Below the pieces are notes generated by a model. That model did not search any database and had not been told where the DNA came from. It saw only the letters and a list, made by a program, of their open reading frames with translations. Below are positions 52,339 to 64,000 of a stretch of 64,000 bases of DNA, in pieces. The position numbers and the translations under genes are program-made. The stretch comes from Octopus vulgaris. Taxonomy: Eukaryota. Positions within the stretch are counted from its first letter, which is position 1; each line of letters begins with the position of its first letter. The stretch covers positions 126,976,001-127,040,000 of the forward strand of contig OX597820.1 in NCBI GenBank assembly GCA_951406725.2. Direction: 5' to 3'.

Positions 52339-52860
52339 ACAGTTCTATATTTAAGAGATGAGGAATTATTTGTCCTCATCTTGTTTATTGTTAACATGTT
52401 TTGGCTGATATACCCTCCAGCCTTCATCAGGTGTCTTGGGGAAATTTCGAACCTGGGTTCTCATTCCAAAGGTATTTTTCGATGTTGTTATTATCATTAT
52501 TATTATTATTATTATTCAGGTCACTGCCTGGAATCGAACTCGGAATCTTGGGGTTAGTAGCCTGCGCTCTTAACCACTATGCCATATGCCCATGGGCGTA
52601 GTGGTTAAGAGTGCAGGCTACTAATGTCAAGATTCCAAGTTCGATTCTAGGCAGTGACCAGAATAATAATGATAATAATAATAATATGATAATAATAATA
52701 GTAATAACAACATTGAAAAAATACCTTGGGAATGAGAACCCAGGTTCGAAATTTTCCCAAGACACCTGATGAAGGCTGGAGGGTATATCAGCCGAAACGT
52801 TGTGTTAACAACAAAACAAGATGAGGACAAATATCCGTCAATTGTAAATAATGTAAATAA
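52339..52860. mobile_element. Head-to-head dimer of a tRNA-headed, hammerhead-bearing short element with 13-bp TSD
   Basis: TSD tttacatgttgat at 52326-52338 and 52861-52873. Arms 52339-52592 (-) and 52593-52860 (+). Pol III A box tggcatagtgg and B box gttcgattc. Confidence 0.8.
52761..52806 (+). ncRNA. Minimal type-I hammerhead ribozyme motif
   Basis: gacac CTGATGA A ggctg-gagggtatat-cagcc GAAA CG TT gtgtt. The mirror copy at 52393-52435 (-) has GAAA>AAAA. Confidence 0.78.
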
Positions 52861-53504
52861 TTTACATGTTGATCACTTTCATTCTTGCCAACTGAGTAGA
52901 ATGTGTTTTACTGGAGAGGTATAATAAGACTGAAACATGTCTTGTTTTCTTCAGTTAGCTTTATAAACTAGATTCACTTTAATCTTCCTTGTATATATAT
53001 TGGCCTGAAATTTTGTCAGTTGATCTGATTTGAGTTATCTCCCTTGTTTTTAGATTGTAAGTACTTCACAGTGACCCCAACACTCTGATATAAGAAGCAA
53101 TAGTATTATTTTATTGATTTCTCTTAGTGGTTCAATGATTCACATTTCTGGCAAGGGCTGAAATTGATTATATTGGCTTCAGTACTCTACTGGTACATCA
53201 TTATCATTATTTTAATATCTCCTCTTCCATGCTGGCCAATGTCTATCAGTTTCCAAGTGAAGTAATAACTTCCTAGTGTATCGTAAAATAAACAACCCAG
53301 ACATGTTTATGTAAAGAACTGGAAACAAATGACACAGAGATTGAAACAAGTGATTTTGTTATTGAAAATTGTGCAACGTGTCAAGGCATGTCAAGAAGCT
53401 CAGACCTTCTGCTGCAGTGGACTGCAAGCAAATGACATCATTAGCAAAGCTGTTGCTTACATATTATATCATAGTAGTGATATTTTAACATGGGGGGGGG
53501 GGGG

Positions 53505-53846
53505 TGAAGGTGCATGGCTCAGTAGTTAGAGTATCAGGCTGACAGTCATGAAGTAGTGAGTTCAAAGCCCAGACCAAGCTGTGTATTATTTTCTTGAGCA
53601 AGACACTTTATTTTACGTTGCTCTAGGTCACTCAGCTGTGGAAAAGAGTTGAGACATTACTGGTACCAAGCTGTATCAGCCATTGCCTTTTCCTTGGATA
53701 ACATTGGTGGCATGGAGAGGGGAGGCTGGCATGTACGGGTGACTGCTGGTCTTCCATAAATGACCTTGCCTGGACTTGTACCTTGGATGGGGACTTTCTA
53801 GGTGCAATCCCATGGTCATTCATGACTGAAAGAGGTCTTTACCCTT
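53505..53846 (+). mobile_element. tRNA-derived SINE (family C head, different tail)
   Basis: tggctcagtagttag..gagttcaaag..cttgagcaagacac. Tail also present at 61600-61790 (-). Confidence 0.7.
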
Positions 53847-53886
53847 TAACATGAGAAGGTCGTATACTCAGAGGAAGAGTTTAATT

Positions 53887-55376
53887 CAGTGTTTCCCAAA
53901 CTTTTCATGCCAAATTGCAATATCACCCACCTATCGGCCGAAAGATGCTCCATCACCCACCTGTGTAAAAAAACCCTGATACAACCCCACCAACACAAAA
54001 TCTGTAGCCCCCACCCATATCATTTAACACACACACACTATATCATAGACTCATTGCCTTGTTAGTGCCATTAGTACTAAATATGCGGTTGGTTACAAAT
54101 CCCTTATTGTGGGTTTAGTCTTGACATTAGTGCCAATAAAGTTCTGACGTTAACTCTATATTTTTCAGATATATTTCCCTGAGCAAAGTAATGTTTCTCC
54201 AATTGTGTGAAACTTCCCAGACTTAGCAACAACCAATGCAATGTTGTATGATGCAATCAGTCATCATTCTCCTGTTTACTAGTCTCTTGGAGTTGCGTGT
54301 TGAATGTTTGCCTTTGCTTTTTGAAAGAGGAGCTCAGTTGCAAAAAGTATGACAATGGCTTGTCCTTCTTGTCAGAATACTTTGCATCAAAGGGATTCTT
54401 CAAGCGTGACACTTTCATTGCTTTGTTGGTCAATGTTTGATGCAAAGAAGACACATTGGTCACTGACAGTTCTGAGGAGAGGGAATAAATCCAAATGATA
54501 AACAATCACTATTGTACTGTCAGCAAATTTCCTTGACAGCGGACATCAGTAAAATGAAAATGTGAAAACAGATTTCTACGGACGGCATCAGAAAGGCAGT
54601 ATGGTATTCCAAAAAGAGAAGTCAGTAGAGCAGAGTCAGGTGATACACCTAAACTGGAATAAATACAGATCTAGTTCGTTTGGCTGCTAGCATTTCAAAA
54701 ATTAAAGTTTATCGCAAATTTTAAAATTTGGCACATTAATTTAAAGCTAAATTGCTGGAGTTATTCAACTTTTCCCAGAAAAATGTTTTTAAGAAGTTAT
54801 AGAGGTTTAAAGTTTCATCATTTTCACCCAGTCAAGAAACACAATTTCAAAGCTGTCATTTTGTGCATGACTGCGCATTTTGTCAACATCCTGAAAATAG
54901 CAGTTGTGTTTTGATATGAAACCACAGAATTACACACAACATATAACCCCTCATAACTTTTACTTTCCGGAGTTTTCAGAAAAGTTTTGTGAATTTGAAT
55001 TCTACACACGGGACTTCATACGATTATGCCAAAAAAAAGAAATTTGGAGTGGAGTGTGATTTAAGGCCTAGGCCTATTTGGCTGCTATTTTTAACACACA
55101 CGACAACCATCTCAATGACTGCAACAAAAATATTCAATCGATAAACAAGTCTGCGTTTTTAATACAAAGGGACGTCTCATGCGAGTAGTAAATCGATAAA
55201 AGTTCATCCTTATTCTAGGCCTGCCTAGATATCAGTAAATGCAGACTTAATTTCTAAACATTGTCACCCGCAAAATGGTTCATATCGCCCACCATTTTCT
55301 AGAAATTCGCCCATCACCCACCTGTAAGTTGAAATCCCCCACCGGTGGGCAATATCGCCCACTTTGGGAAGCTATG
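53887..55376 (-). mobile_element. hAT (Charlie/Buster-like) deleted element
   Basis: TIR cagtgtttcccaaa / tttgggaagctatg. 8-bp TSD gtttaatt/ggttaatt. Subterminal atc(a/g)cccac repeats. LTNKAMKVSRLK..KDKPLSYF resembles the Buster BED region. Confidence 0.75.
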
Positions 55377-56287
55377 GGTTAATTGATTAAATAAACCCTA
55401 GTACTTTATTTTATCACCTCTGCTAGGATAAAATGTGAAGGTGACCTAGCCAGGATATGTACGAATGAATTGAGAATCTGTTTTGTTAGTCCTGGGTTAA
55501 ATTCTCTTTATGGTTATGACTTAATTGAGGTCTGCTGATGAATGAATTGGGTAGCATTAAGCTGATATATGTATATATATATTTTTTCTGTAGACACTCT
55601 GAATAAAGATAAGCTTCTTTGATATGATTCTGACTAATAGCTTATAAGGACTTACAGCAATATAGACAAGTGTTATATCAGTTCATGATATCCATCATCA
55701 TCATCATTATCATTTAACATCTGCCTTCCATGCTGGCATGGGTTGGATGGTTTGACAGGAGCTGGCCTGGTGGGAGCCTGCACCAGACTTCTACGTGGGT
55801 TTCGACAGGGTTTTTATGGCTGGATGCCCTTCCCAACACAAACCAACTTGCAGAGTGGTATTTCATTTAAATATAAACACAAAGAACAATTTGGACACAT
55901 ATTGATTCCTAGGGGATTCTTTCAAGATGTACTGCATAAAACACAACTTACAAGCTTAAATTATATCTCTCCATGACCCAAAACGCCATAGGATATCCTA
56001 AAGCAGGCGTGTAATATGTATATCATCAGTTTGCTCAACTGAGTTCAGATCTATGTGTAGAATAACTTGGAAACGTATTTAGCTGATACAATGAATTTAA
56101 AGTTGAAAACAGTTTGGATAGAGCAGGTGTGGCTATGAGATAAGAAACTTGCTTCCCAACCACATGGTTTCAAGTTCAGTCCCACTGTATGGCACCTTGG
56201 TCAAGTGTCTTCTACTATAGCCTCAGATTTGGTTGACAGAAAATGAAAGAAGCTTGTTGTGTATCTGTATATGTGTGTGTGTATATA

Positions 56288-56692
56288 TACTCTTTTACTT
56301 GTTTCAGTCATGTGACTGTGGCCATGCTGGAGCACCGCCTTTAGTCGATCAAATCGACCCCAGGACTTATTCTTTGTAAGCCCAGTACTTATTTTATCGG
56401 TCTCTTTTTTGCCGAACCGCTAAGTTACGGGGACATAAACACACCAGCATCGGTTGTCAAGCAATGCTAGGGGGACAAACACAGACACACAAACACACAC
56501 ACATACATACATATATATACATATATACGACAGGCTTCTTTCAGTTTCCGTCTACCAAATTCACTCACAAGGCTTTGGTCAGCCCGAGGCTATAGTAGAA
56601 GACACTTACCCAAGGTGCCACGCAGTGGGACTGAACCCGGAACCATGTGGTTCATAAGCAAGCTACTTACCACACAGCCACTCCTACGCCTA
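56288..56692 (-). mobile_element. SINE family A, full length
   Basis: Matches the other family A copies. Confidence 0.9.
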
Positions 56693-57476
56693 TACATATA
56701 TATACATATGTGTGTGTGTGTGTATAGATATATTTACCAGCTTCCATAGTCTGTTCTGGTTTGGTTTCTACAGGTGGATCTGCCCAAACTAACACCAATC
56801 ATTTTGCAGAGTGTACTCGGTGCTTTTTACATAGCACAATGTTTTTTATATGGTACCTGGGTTTTAGGATCTCAATTTCGTTGTCGTGGGTAGGGCTTCT
56901 TGAGTACAACAAGGCACCACATATTTTAGTCCTCTCTCATCTTCATAAAGCTCTGCATTTTGAGATTGGTCTTCAATATTTCGTCCCAACAAAAGATACT
57001 TTGGTATATGACACTGCTTCCCACCGTTAACAGTCATGAAATTTTAATTGGTTGTATTTGATTGCCATATTAATCTTTTTGTTATCCTGTTTCTGTTGAA
57101 ATGCGCTGCCTTTGTTTTACTTTGATTTTAAAAATAATAACAAATGCAGTAAAATAACTTAGTCGTTATTAAGCTGATGTTTGGAATTTATATTAAGAAA
57201 TTTCTGGAAGGTCTTGATAGAGAACACTTCAAAAACATTAAGCTTGTATCTGATAACTAAAAGCAGTCTCAAGAGAATTAAAAGGGGGAAACAAATTCCT
57301 GTGAAGTTAGTTAAGTAATGGCTATGAATACATGAGTGAAACCATTTCCCACGTGTGCTCATAATACATAATTTTTGTGATTGCTTTTCCAAACCAGCCA
57401 GGAATTTGCATTTCACAAATTTTCAGGGACCTGTAGAAATAAATAGTTCTCATATCTGTATTTTAGGTACATGGTA

Positions 57477-57716
57477 AGGCAAGCTGGCAGAAACGCTAGT
57501 ACGCCGGGCGAAATGTGTAGCCGTATTTCGTCTGCCGTTACGTTCTGAGTTCAAATTCCGCCAAGGTCGACTTTGCCCTTCATCCTTTCGAGGTTGATAA
57601 ATTAAGTACCAGTTATGCACTGGGGTCAATGTAATCGACTTAATCCATTTGTCTGTCCTTGTTTGTCCTCTCTGTAGGTAGTAAAGTTTGCCCCTTGTGG
57701 GTAGTAAAGAAATAGG
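57477..57716 (+). mobile_element. SINE family B
   Basis: Matches the other family B copies. Further copies at 46017-46222, 60672-61030 (dimer) and 62178-62402 (-). Confidence 0.88.
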
Positions 57717-58424
57717 TAATGCATCATCATCATCACCAAGATCATTTAAAATTCAGGTTCCATGCTGGCTTGGATTTGACAGTTTGATAGGAGGAACCAC
57801 ATGGAGTTTGAAGACGGCATCATACACCAGTGTCTGCTTTGGCATGGTTTCTATGGCTGCATGGCCTTCCTAACAACAACCACTTTACAACATGTACTGG
57901 GTGCATTTTTTCGTGGCATCAACACTAGTTATGTCACCATGCAATTGTGTATAAATAATATGGCCAGATTTTTGTGTAGTTTCAGGTTCTTGTGTCTTTC
58001 TTTGAAAGTGTGTGTAATTAGCAAGAATTGAAGTAGGCTTGCTGTTTCACAAATCACAAATTGGCATAAAAGTATTTGATCCAGAACTTTTCCGTAACAT
58101 TGGAAAATAATTTAATTGCCCCTTGGTAGGTTTTGTGACCCACCTTTCTTGAAAAATAAATAAATAAAGGAAACCAAAATTGTGAATTGATCATTATATT
58201 TTCTTGTGGAAAAACCAAAAGATAAGAAAAAACAAAAGAAAACAGTTATTCTAGTATACTTGCACACACGTATGTATTAGAGTAGAATAGCTGATATAAT
58301 ATACACACATATATATGTATATATATATAGATAGAAAGAGTGTGTGCTCTAAGTGTAAAAGACGTTTCCTTCTATTTTTCCTGTTTTTTGTTTTACTTTG
58401 ACTTGTTTTCTTTATTTTTTTTAA

Positions 58425-58537
<113 letters not shown>

Positions 58538-59312
58538 ATCTATCACAAAATGATTTAAGCCACCATTTTTTTTAGTGTGTGAGACTATTAACCAGGAAAT
58601 TGCGTAGAAATTCCATTATTTGTTCAGTGAGTTGTAATTTCAAGGTGAGTTGACATCATGCATCATATCACTCGAGATATCCTAGAAATTTGATGCTTTT
58701 TATTTCTCTCTGTGGAAATATGTGGCTGGAGATTTCCTGATAGCTATCTTTTTGGCAATATGATAGATAATATGCAGATTTTCACCATATTCCTCTGACG
58801 TCCACTCTATTTAAGAATTGATTTCACTTTGGAAGGCTTTTGTTGGTTTATTTTTTAGAGATAGTTACTATGGACATTTTTTTTCCCTTATGCTTCTTTT
58901 ATTCTTCTTCTAGTATCTTTTTCTTTTCTATCATTTTCTCTCTCTTTCTCTCTCTCTCTCTCTATCTCTTTCTTTTCTCTCTTTTGACTTCCATCATTGA
59001 ATTAGATACAAACCAGTAATGGGAATTTCTATCATTTTTCTCCCCTGTTTCTTATTTTTAAATGAAATTTTAAATAAAATTTGTCAATTTTTAATGGTTT
59101 TATTATTGGTCAGAAAAAAAAATTAAATTTAAAAATTGCAAAGCAATACATTAAAATTTGAAATTAATAATTATGTAAAATATTTGAAATCAAAATTGAT
59201 AAGCAGTCATCAGACTTGGCTATGTGCTTATCGTTAAGAAGCTTAATTTGCAAGCGTGTGGTTTTGGGTTCAACTATACATCATCCACACACACACAAAC
59301 ACACACACACAC

Positions 59313-59630
59313 AGGCACTCGCTTACAATGACAAAGGTTCCAGTTGAATTTATCTACAGAAAAGCCTGCTTGTGAAATTAACATTCAAGTGACTGCTGAG
59401 CGCTCCATGGACATGTGTACCCTTAATGTAGTTCTCAGGAAGATTCAGCATGACACAGAATGTGACAAGGCTGACCCTTTGAATTACTGGTACAACTCAT
59501 TTTTGCCAGCTGAGTGAACATGAGCAACATGAAATAAAGTGTCTTGCTCAAGGACACAACATGCTACCAGGTACATCAAACACGTGACCTTTTGATTGTG
59601 ATGTGAGTAACCTAACCACTGAGCCACACA
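59313..59630 (-). mobile_element. SINE family C
   Basis: Aligns to 14953-15268. Confidence 0.8.
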
Positions 59631-60498
59631 CCTTCACACACACACACACATAAATTGGCTACCTCTGAAGAGCACAGAGTTACATAATTGAACTGTCACC
59701 TAACACTTCATTGAGCCCCTGGTGCAAAACCTATTGGTAGGATCAGCTGTAATGGATATATAATATTGTACACTTCGATTAATGTATATATAAAGCATCC
59801 AGTCCACACTGTAAAGTGGTTGGCATTTGGAAGGTCATCCAGCTGTAAAAACATTGTCAAAATTGACCTCACCTGTGCTTGTTCCTCATAAAAAACACTA
59901 AGTCCACTCTGCTGGGTGGTTGGTATTAGAAAGCGCATCCAGCTGTAAAAATCCTGCCAAAACAGTCACAGAAGTCTGGTGCAGGCTTCTGCCTGGTTGG
60001 CTCCTGTCAAACCGTCCCACCCATGCCAGCATGAAAAGTGGACGTTAAATAATGATGATGATGATGATGGTTATGGTTGTGTAGTAAGAAGTTTGCTTTC
60101 TAGCCACATTGTTTGTTCTGGGTTCAGTCGCACTGCGTGGCACCTTGAGCAAGTGTCTCCTACTATAGCCTCGGGCCTATTAAAGCCTAGGGAGCAGATT
60201 TGGTTGACAGAAACCGAAAAAAGTCTATTGTGTATGTATATATATATATATGTGTGTGAGTGTGTGTGTATGTGTAGTGGTGGAGGATTGCTATCTCCTT
60301 GCTTTGACATTGTGTGGTAGTTGTAGTGTCACCATCGCTCATGCAGTGTTTTTCATTTCCAATCGTCCGTGAAAACATGTCTGGTAATGGGAAAGCAGAT
60401 CCTTACCGAGAAATAGGTGAGGGTTGGTGACACGAAGAGCATCGAGCTGTAGAAAATCTGCCTCAACAAATTCCATGGAAAAGTGGATGTTAAAATGA

Positions 60499-60529
<31 letters not shown>

Positions 60530-60532
<3 letters not shown>

Positions 60533-60660
60533 GGCAGCAGCCACGGCATGGATGGTGGTGGTGGTGGCAGCAGCCACGGCATGGATGGTGGTGGTGGTGG
60601 TGGCAGCAGCCACGGCATGGATGGTGGTGGTGGTGGTGGCAGCAGCCACGGCAGGGATGG
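60530..60660. repeat. Minisatellite ggcagcagccacggcatggat(ggt)n, 4 units
   Basis: Direct inspection. Confidence 0.9.
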
Positions 60661-62626
60661 TGGCGGTGGTAGTAGAGCTGGCAGAAACGTTAGCAATGCC
60701 GGGCGAAATGCTTAGCAGTATTTTGTCTGCTGTTACGTCATGAGTTCAAATTCTGGCAAGGTCAACTTTGCCTTTCATCCTTTCGGGGTCGATTAAAAAA
60801 GTACCAGTACCCTGTTTAGCCCTTTGTGGGTAGTAAAGAAATAGGTATTTCGTCTGCTGCTACGTTCTGTGTTGAAATTCTGCCGAGGTTGACTTTGCTT
60901 TTCATCTTTTCGGGGTCGATAAATAAAGTACCAGTTACGCACTGGGGTCAATATAATCGACTTAATCCGTTTGTCTGTCCTTGTTTGTTCCTTCTGTGTT
61001 TAGCCCCTTGTGGGTAGTAAAGAAATAGGTGTGGGTAGCAGGAGCAGTGGTGATGGTGGTGGTGGCATCTGTTGAGTGTTGCCATTAAAACTTCCAAGCC
61101 TTTCAGTTATAATGTAAAATAGAAAACTCTACATTTAGGTACTGACTTCTGTGATTTATTGCTTCCTGGTTAATCAGCAGGAATTTATGTGCCTACGTGT
61201 GTATTCTTGGAAAGCTTAGTTTGTTTTTCCGGTTCAAAAATTGCCAGCCAAAAGAGCAATCCTGTTTGTCTTATGATGGTTAATTATTGACATCTTGCAG
61301 AATATGTCAAGTGTGTGAAATTCCTTCAGAAAGACCTTATTAATGTTAAGAGCCTACCTTTTTTTTTTTCTTTTTTGGTGGTAGGCAGAAGCGGCTCGGC
61401 TGAGGATGTTTGTGTGAGTGTGCCGTAGAAAGTTGGTCAGATGAGTCTACAGTAACAGGTTCGATTCTTGGTTGAGTTATTTCATTCTCACATACTGTAC
61501 TACTCCTTATGGGTTCCGGCTGAAGTCTGTAGACTGGATCAGAGATGCCTCAACATTGACTGTATTTCTGTGATGCATTATGTGTGAAGAAATGCTAAAG
61601 ATCCCCTTCGGCCATGAATGACCATGGGATTGCACCTAGAAAGTTACCCTCTGAGGCACAAGTCTAGGCAAAGTTGTGTATGGATGACTAGCAGCCACCT
61701 ATGTATACAAGCCTGCCCTCTTCAGGCCACCAGTGTTATCCAAGGCAAAGGCCTTTACAGCTCAGCACCAGTGATGTCGCAACTCATTTTTCTATTTTCG
61801 ACTTACTCTGTTTTGTCATATTTTGGTTAAATCATTATATTTCATTATATTGCAAATGATTTGTTTGCTAGTCATACTCTAACTACAGGTACTTGTAGAA
61901 TATTCTGGATAAGGGTGCTGGAACCCATTGTAAGTTAAAGATTAGTAAAGTTGAATCGCACCTGAGCACATGTGTACCTAGAAATATGGCAGCTGAAAAT
62001 GGTGACTGATGTTTGAAGTATTTGAAACAGACTGAAAAATATCTCCAACTGTCAAAGCCTGCCATAAGATAGCATGGCTATTTAGAAATAGCACTCAAAA
62101 TTTACCTCAATTTATCCTCCTCTTGACTTAGGAGGTAAAAATGTCAAGTGATCTGGATAATGTAATCCTGGATATCTGTTTCTTTATTGCCCACAAGGGG
62201 CTACACATAGACGGGACAAACAAGGACAGAGAAAGGGACTAAGTCGATTACACTGACCGCAGTGCGTAACTGGTACTTAATTTATCGACCCCGAAAGGAT
62301 GAAAGGCAAAGTTGACCTCGGCAGGAATTGAACTCAGAACGTAACGGCAGACGAAATACCACTAAGCATTTCGCCCAGCATGCTAACGATTCTGCCAGCT
62401 CACGATAATGTAATCCTGGATACCAGTATATATATGAAGAGGTCATGGCTGGAATGTTGGTGATCATAAGATCAAAACTGATCTAAAATCTAAATAACAG
62501 CAACAACAACATTAACTCTTTGCAGAAATGATTGCTAGCTATGTGGAAAATGTGGTCAAAGATAGTTTTCACAAATCATAATCTCTTAACAGAAAATTCC
62601 TAACTACTCTAACTCTTTTAACTATA

Positions 62627-62789
62627 GGCGCAGGAGTGGCTGTATGGTAAGTAGCTTGCTTACAAACCACATGATTCCGGGTTCAGACCCACTGCGTGGC
62701 ACCTTGGTCAAGTGTCTTCTACTATAGCCTCGGGCTGACCAAAGCCTTGTGAGTGGATTTGGTAGACAGAAACTGAAAGAAGACTGTCG

Positions 62790-62822
<33 letters not shown>

Positions 62823-63064
62823 ATGTATGTATATGTATGTGTGCGTGTATATGTTTGTGTGTCTGTGTTTGTCCCTCCAACATCGCTTGACAACCGATGC
62901 TTGTGTGTTTACGTCCCTGTAACTTAGCAGTTCGGCAAAAGAGACCGATAGAATAAGTACTAGGTTTACAAAGAATAAGTCCTGGGGTCGATTTGCTCGA
63001 CTAAAGGTGGTGCTCCAGCATGGCCACAGTCAAATGACTGAAACAAGTAAAAGAGTAAAGAGTA
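62627..63064 (+). mobile_element. SINE family A, full length
   Basis: Matches the other family A copies. Confidence 0.9.
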
Positions 63065-63686
63065 TAACCCTGATTCTTTTATCAATACATTTTTGATGCC
63101 TCCTTCTCCATTTCTAATGAACCTACCTGTAATACCAGGTCAGATTGATTTAATTCTGGATGGTAGCTTGATGCAGATGAGTACCTAAAACGGCCCCACC
63201 CTACTATAGCACTGGTGGCACAATAAAATGTATCCTTTACTCACTATAAAGTGGTTTTGAAGAGAATCCAGATGTAGAATTCAAATCAAACATGGAATCT
63301 ATGAGCAAGTTGTGATGCTAACCCCTGCATAGTTGATTTATGCATGTAAAGTGCAGGTATGGCTGTGTGGTAAGATGATTGTTTCCCAACTACAAGGTGT
63401 CAGATTCAGTCCCACTGTGTGGTACCTTGGGCAAGTATCTTCTGCTATAGCCCCGGGCTGGCTAAAGCCTTGTGAGTGGATTTAGACAGAGACTGAAAAA
63501 TGCTCGTCATATATATGTATGTGTGTGTGAACGTCTGGATTATATGTAGTCATTGATTAACATATAGCTACCATTAGTTTCATACCTATATTATTGCTCT
63601 TGTCAATATAGCTAACTCATCATATTTATTATATTTGTGTCTGTCTGTGTGTGTGTGTTATTGTCTTGCCTCTTTGACATTGTGTG

Positions 63687-63736
<50 letters not shown>

Positions 63737-63738
<2 letters not shown>

Positions 63739-63957
63739 GGGTTGGCCAAAAGTCACCCGACAGTAAATCAAAATTCCATAAATACTTAATATTCAATTTT
63801 GTTTATTCATTCCAATTATGAATGTTTACAAGAAGGACAATTTTCATGATGTTTCATATTTGGATGCTTTTATTAAATCCATTCAGTTGTTAAACATAAA
63901 TAAAAATTGGAATTAAATGGTTTTGATTCACTGTCAGGTGACTTTTGGCCAGCCTTG
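63737..63957. mobile_element. Tc1/mariner-type MITE
   Basis: TIR cagggttggccaaaagtcacccgacagtaaatcaaaa / ttttgattcactgtcaggtgacttttggccagccttg|TA. Confidence 0.8.
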
Positions 63958-64000
63958 TATGTGTGTGAAATTTGCTTCCTAACCACATGTTTCTGGGTTC

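Noticed and set aside
52500-52660. tRNA genes in the inverted element
   Set aside because: A and B boxes are present but stems are imperfect and the ACT anticodon is non-standard; treated as SINE heads.
53030-53065. Possible 3-nt microexon ttttag|ATT|gtaagt
   Set aside because: A short motif expected by chance, with no gene model to anchor it.
60530-60660. Repeat-spacer look resembling a CRISPR array
   Set aside because: The spacers are (GGT)n rather than unique, the context is eukaryotic, and there are no cas genes.

Overview
AT-rich eukaryotic DNA, almost entirely transposon relics and microsatellites. The SINE families and the compound (TA/TG/GATA/GACA)n tracts look like a coleoid cephalopod (Octopus-like) genome; this is an inference from repeat content. 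I recognise no intact host protein-coding gene, rRNA, functional tRNA or CRISPR array, and most ORFs in the track are microsatellite read-throughs or transposon fragments. Identified elements: three decayed Penelope-like (GIY-YIG) retroelements; CR1, RTE and R4/Dong LINE fragments; Tc1 (DD34E), maT (DD37D), mariner and rosa-like transposons; hAT elements; Helitron ends; MITEs carrying TTAGGG repeats; and at least four SINE families. The most interesting signal is a set of minimal type-I hammerhead ribozyme motifs (CUGANGA-stem II-GAAA-palindromic stem III-UH) in unrelated short cassettes, most of them next to (TA)n tracts and many forming inverted repeats. They include a 1-kb near-perfect palindrome, a G3-C8 core-swap variant, and a head-to-head dimer of a tRNA-headed, hammerhead-bearing element bounded by a 13-bp target-site duplication. 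Coordinates were read by eye; ends of decayed elements are approximate.
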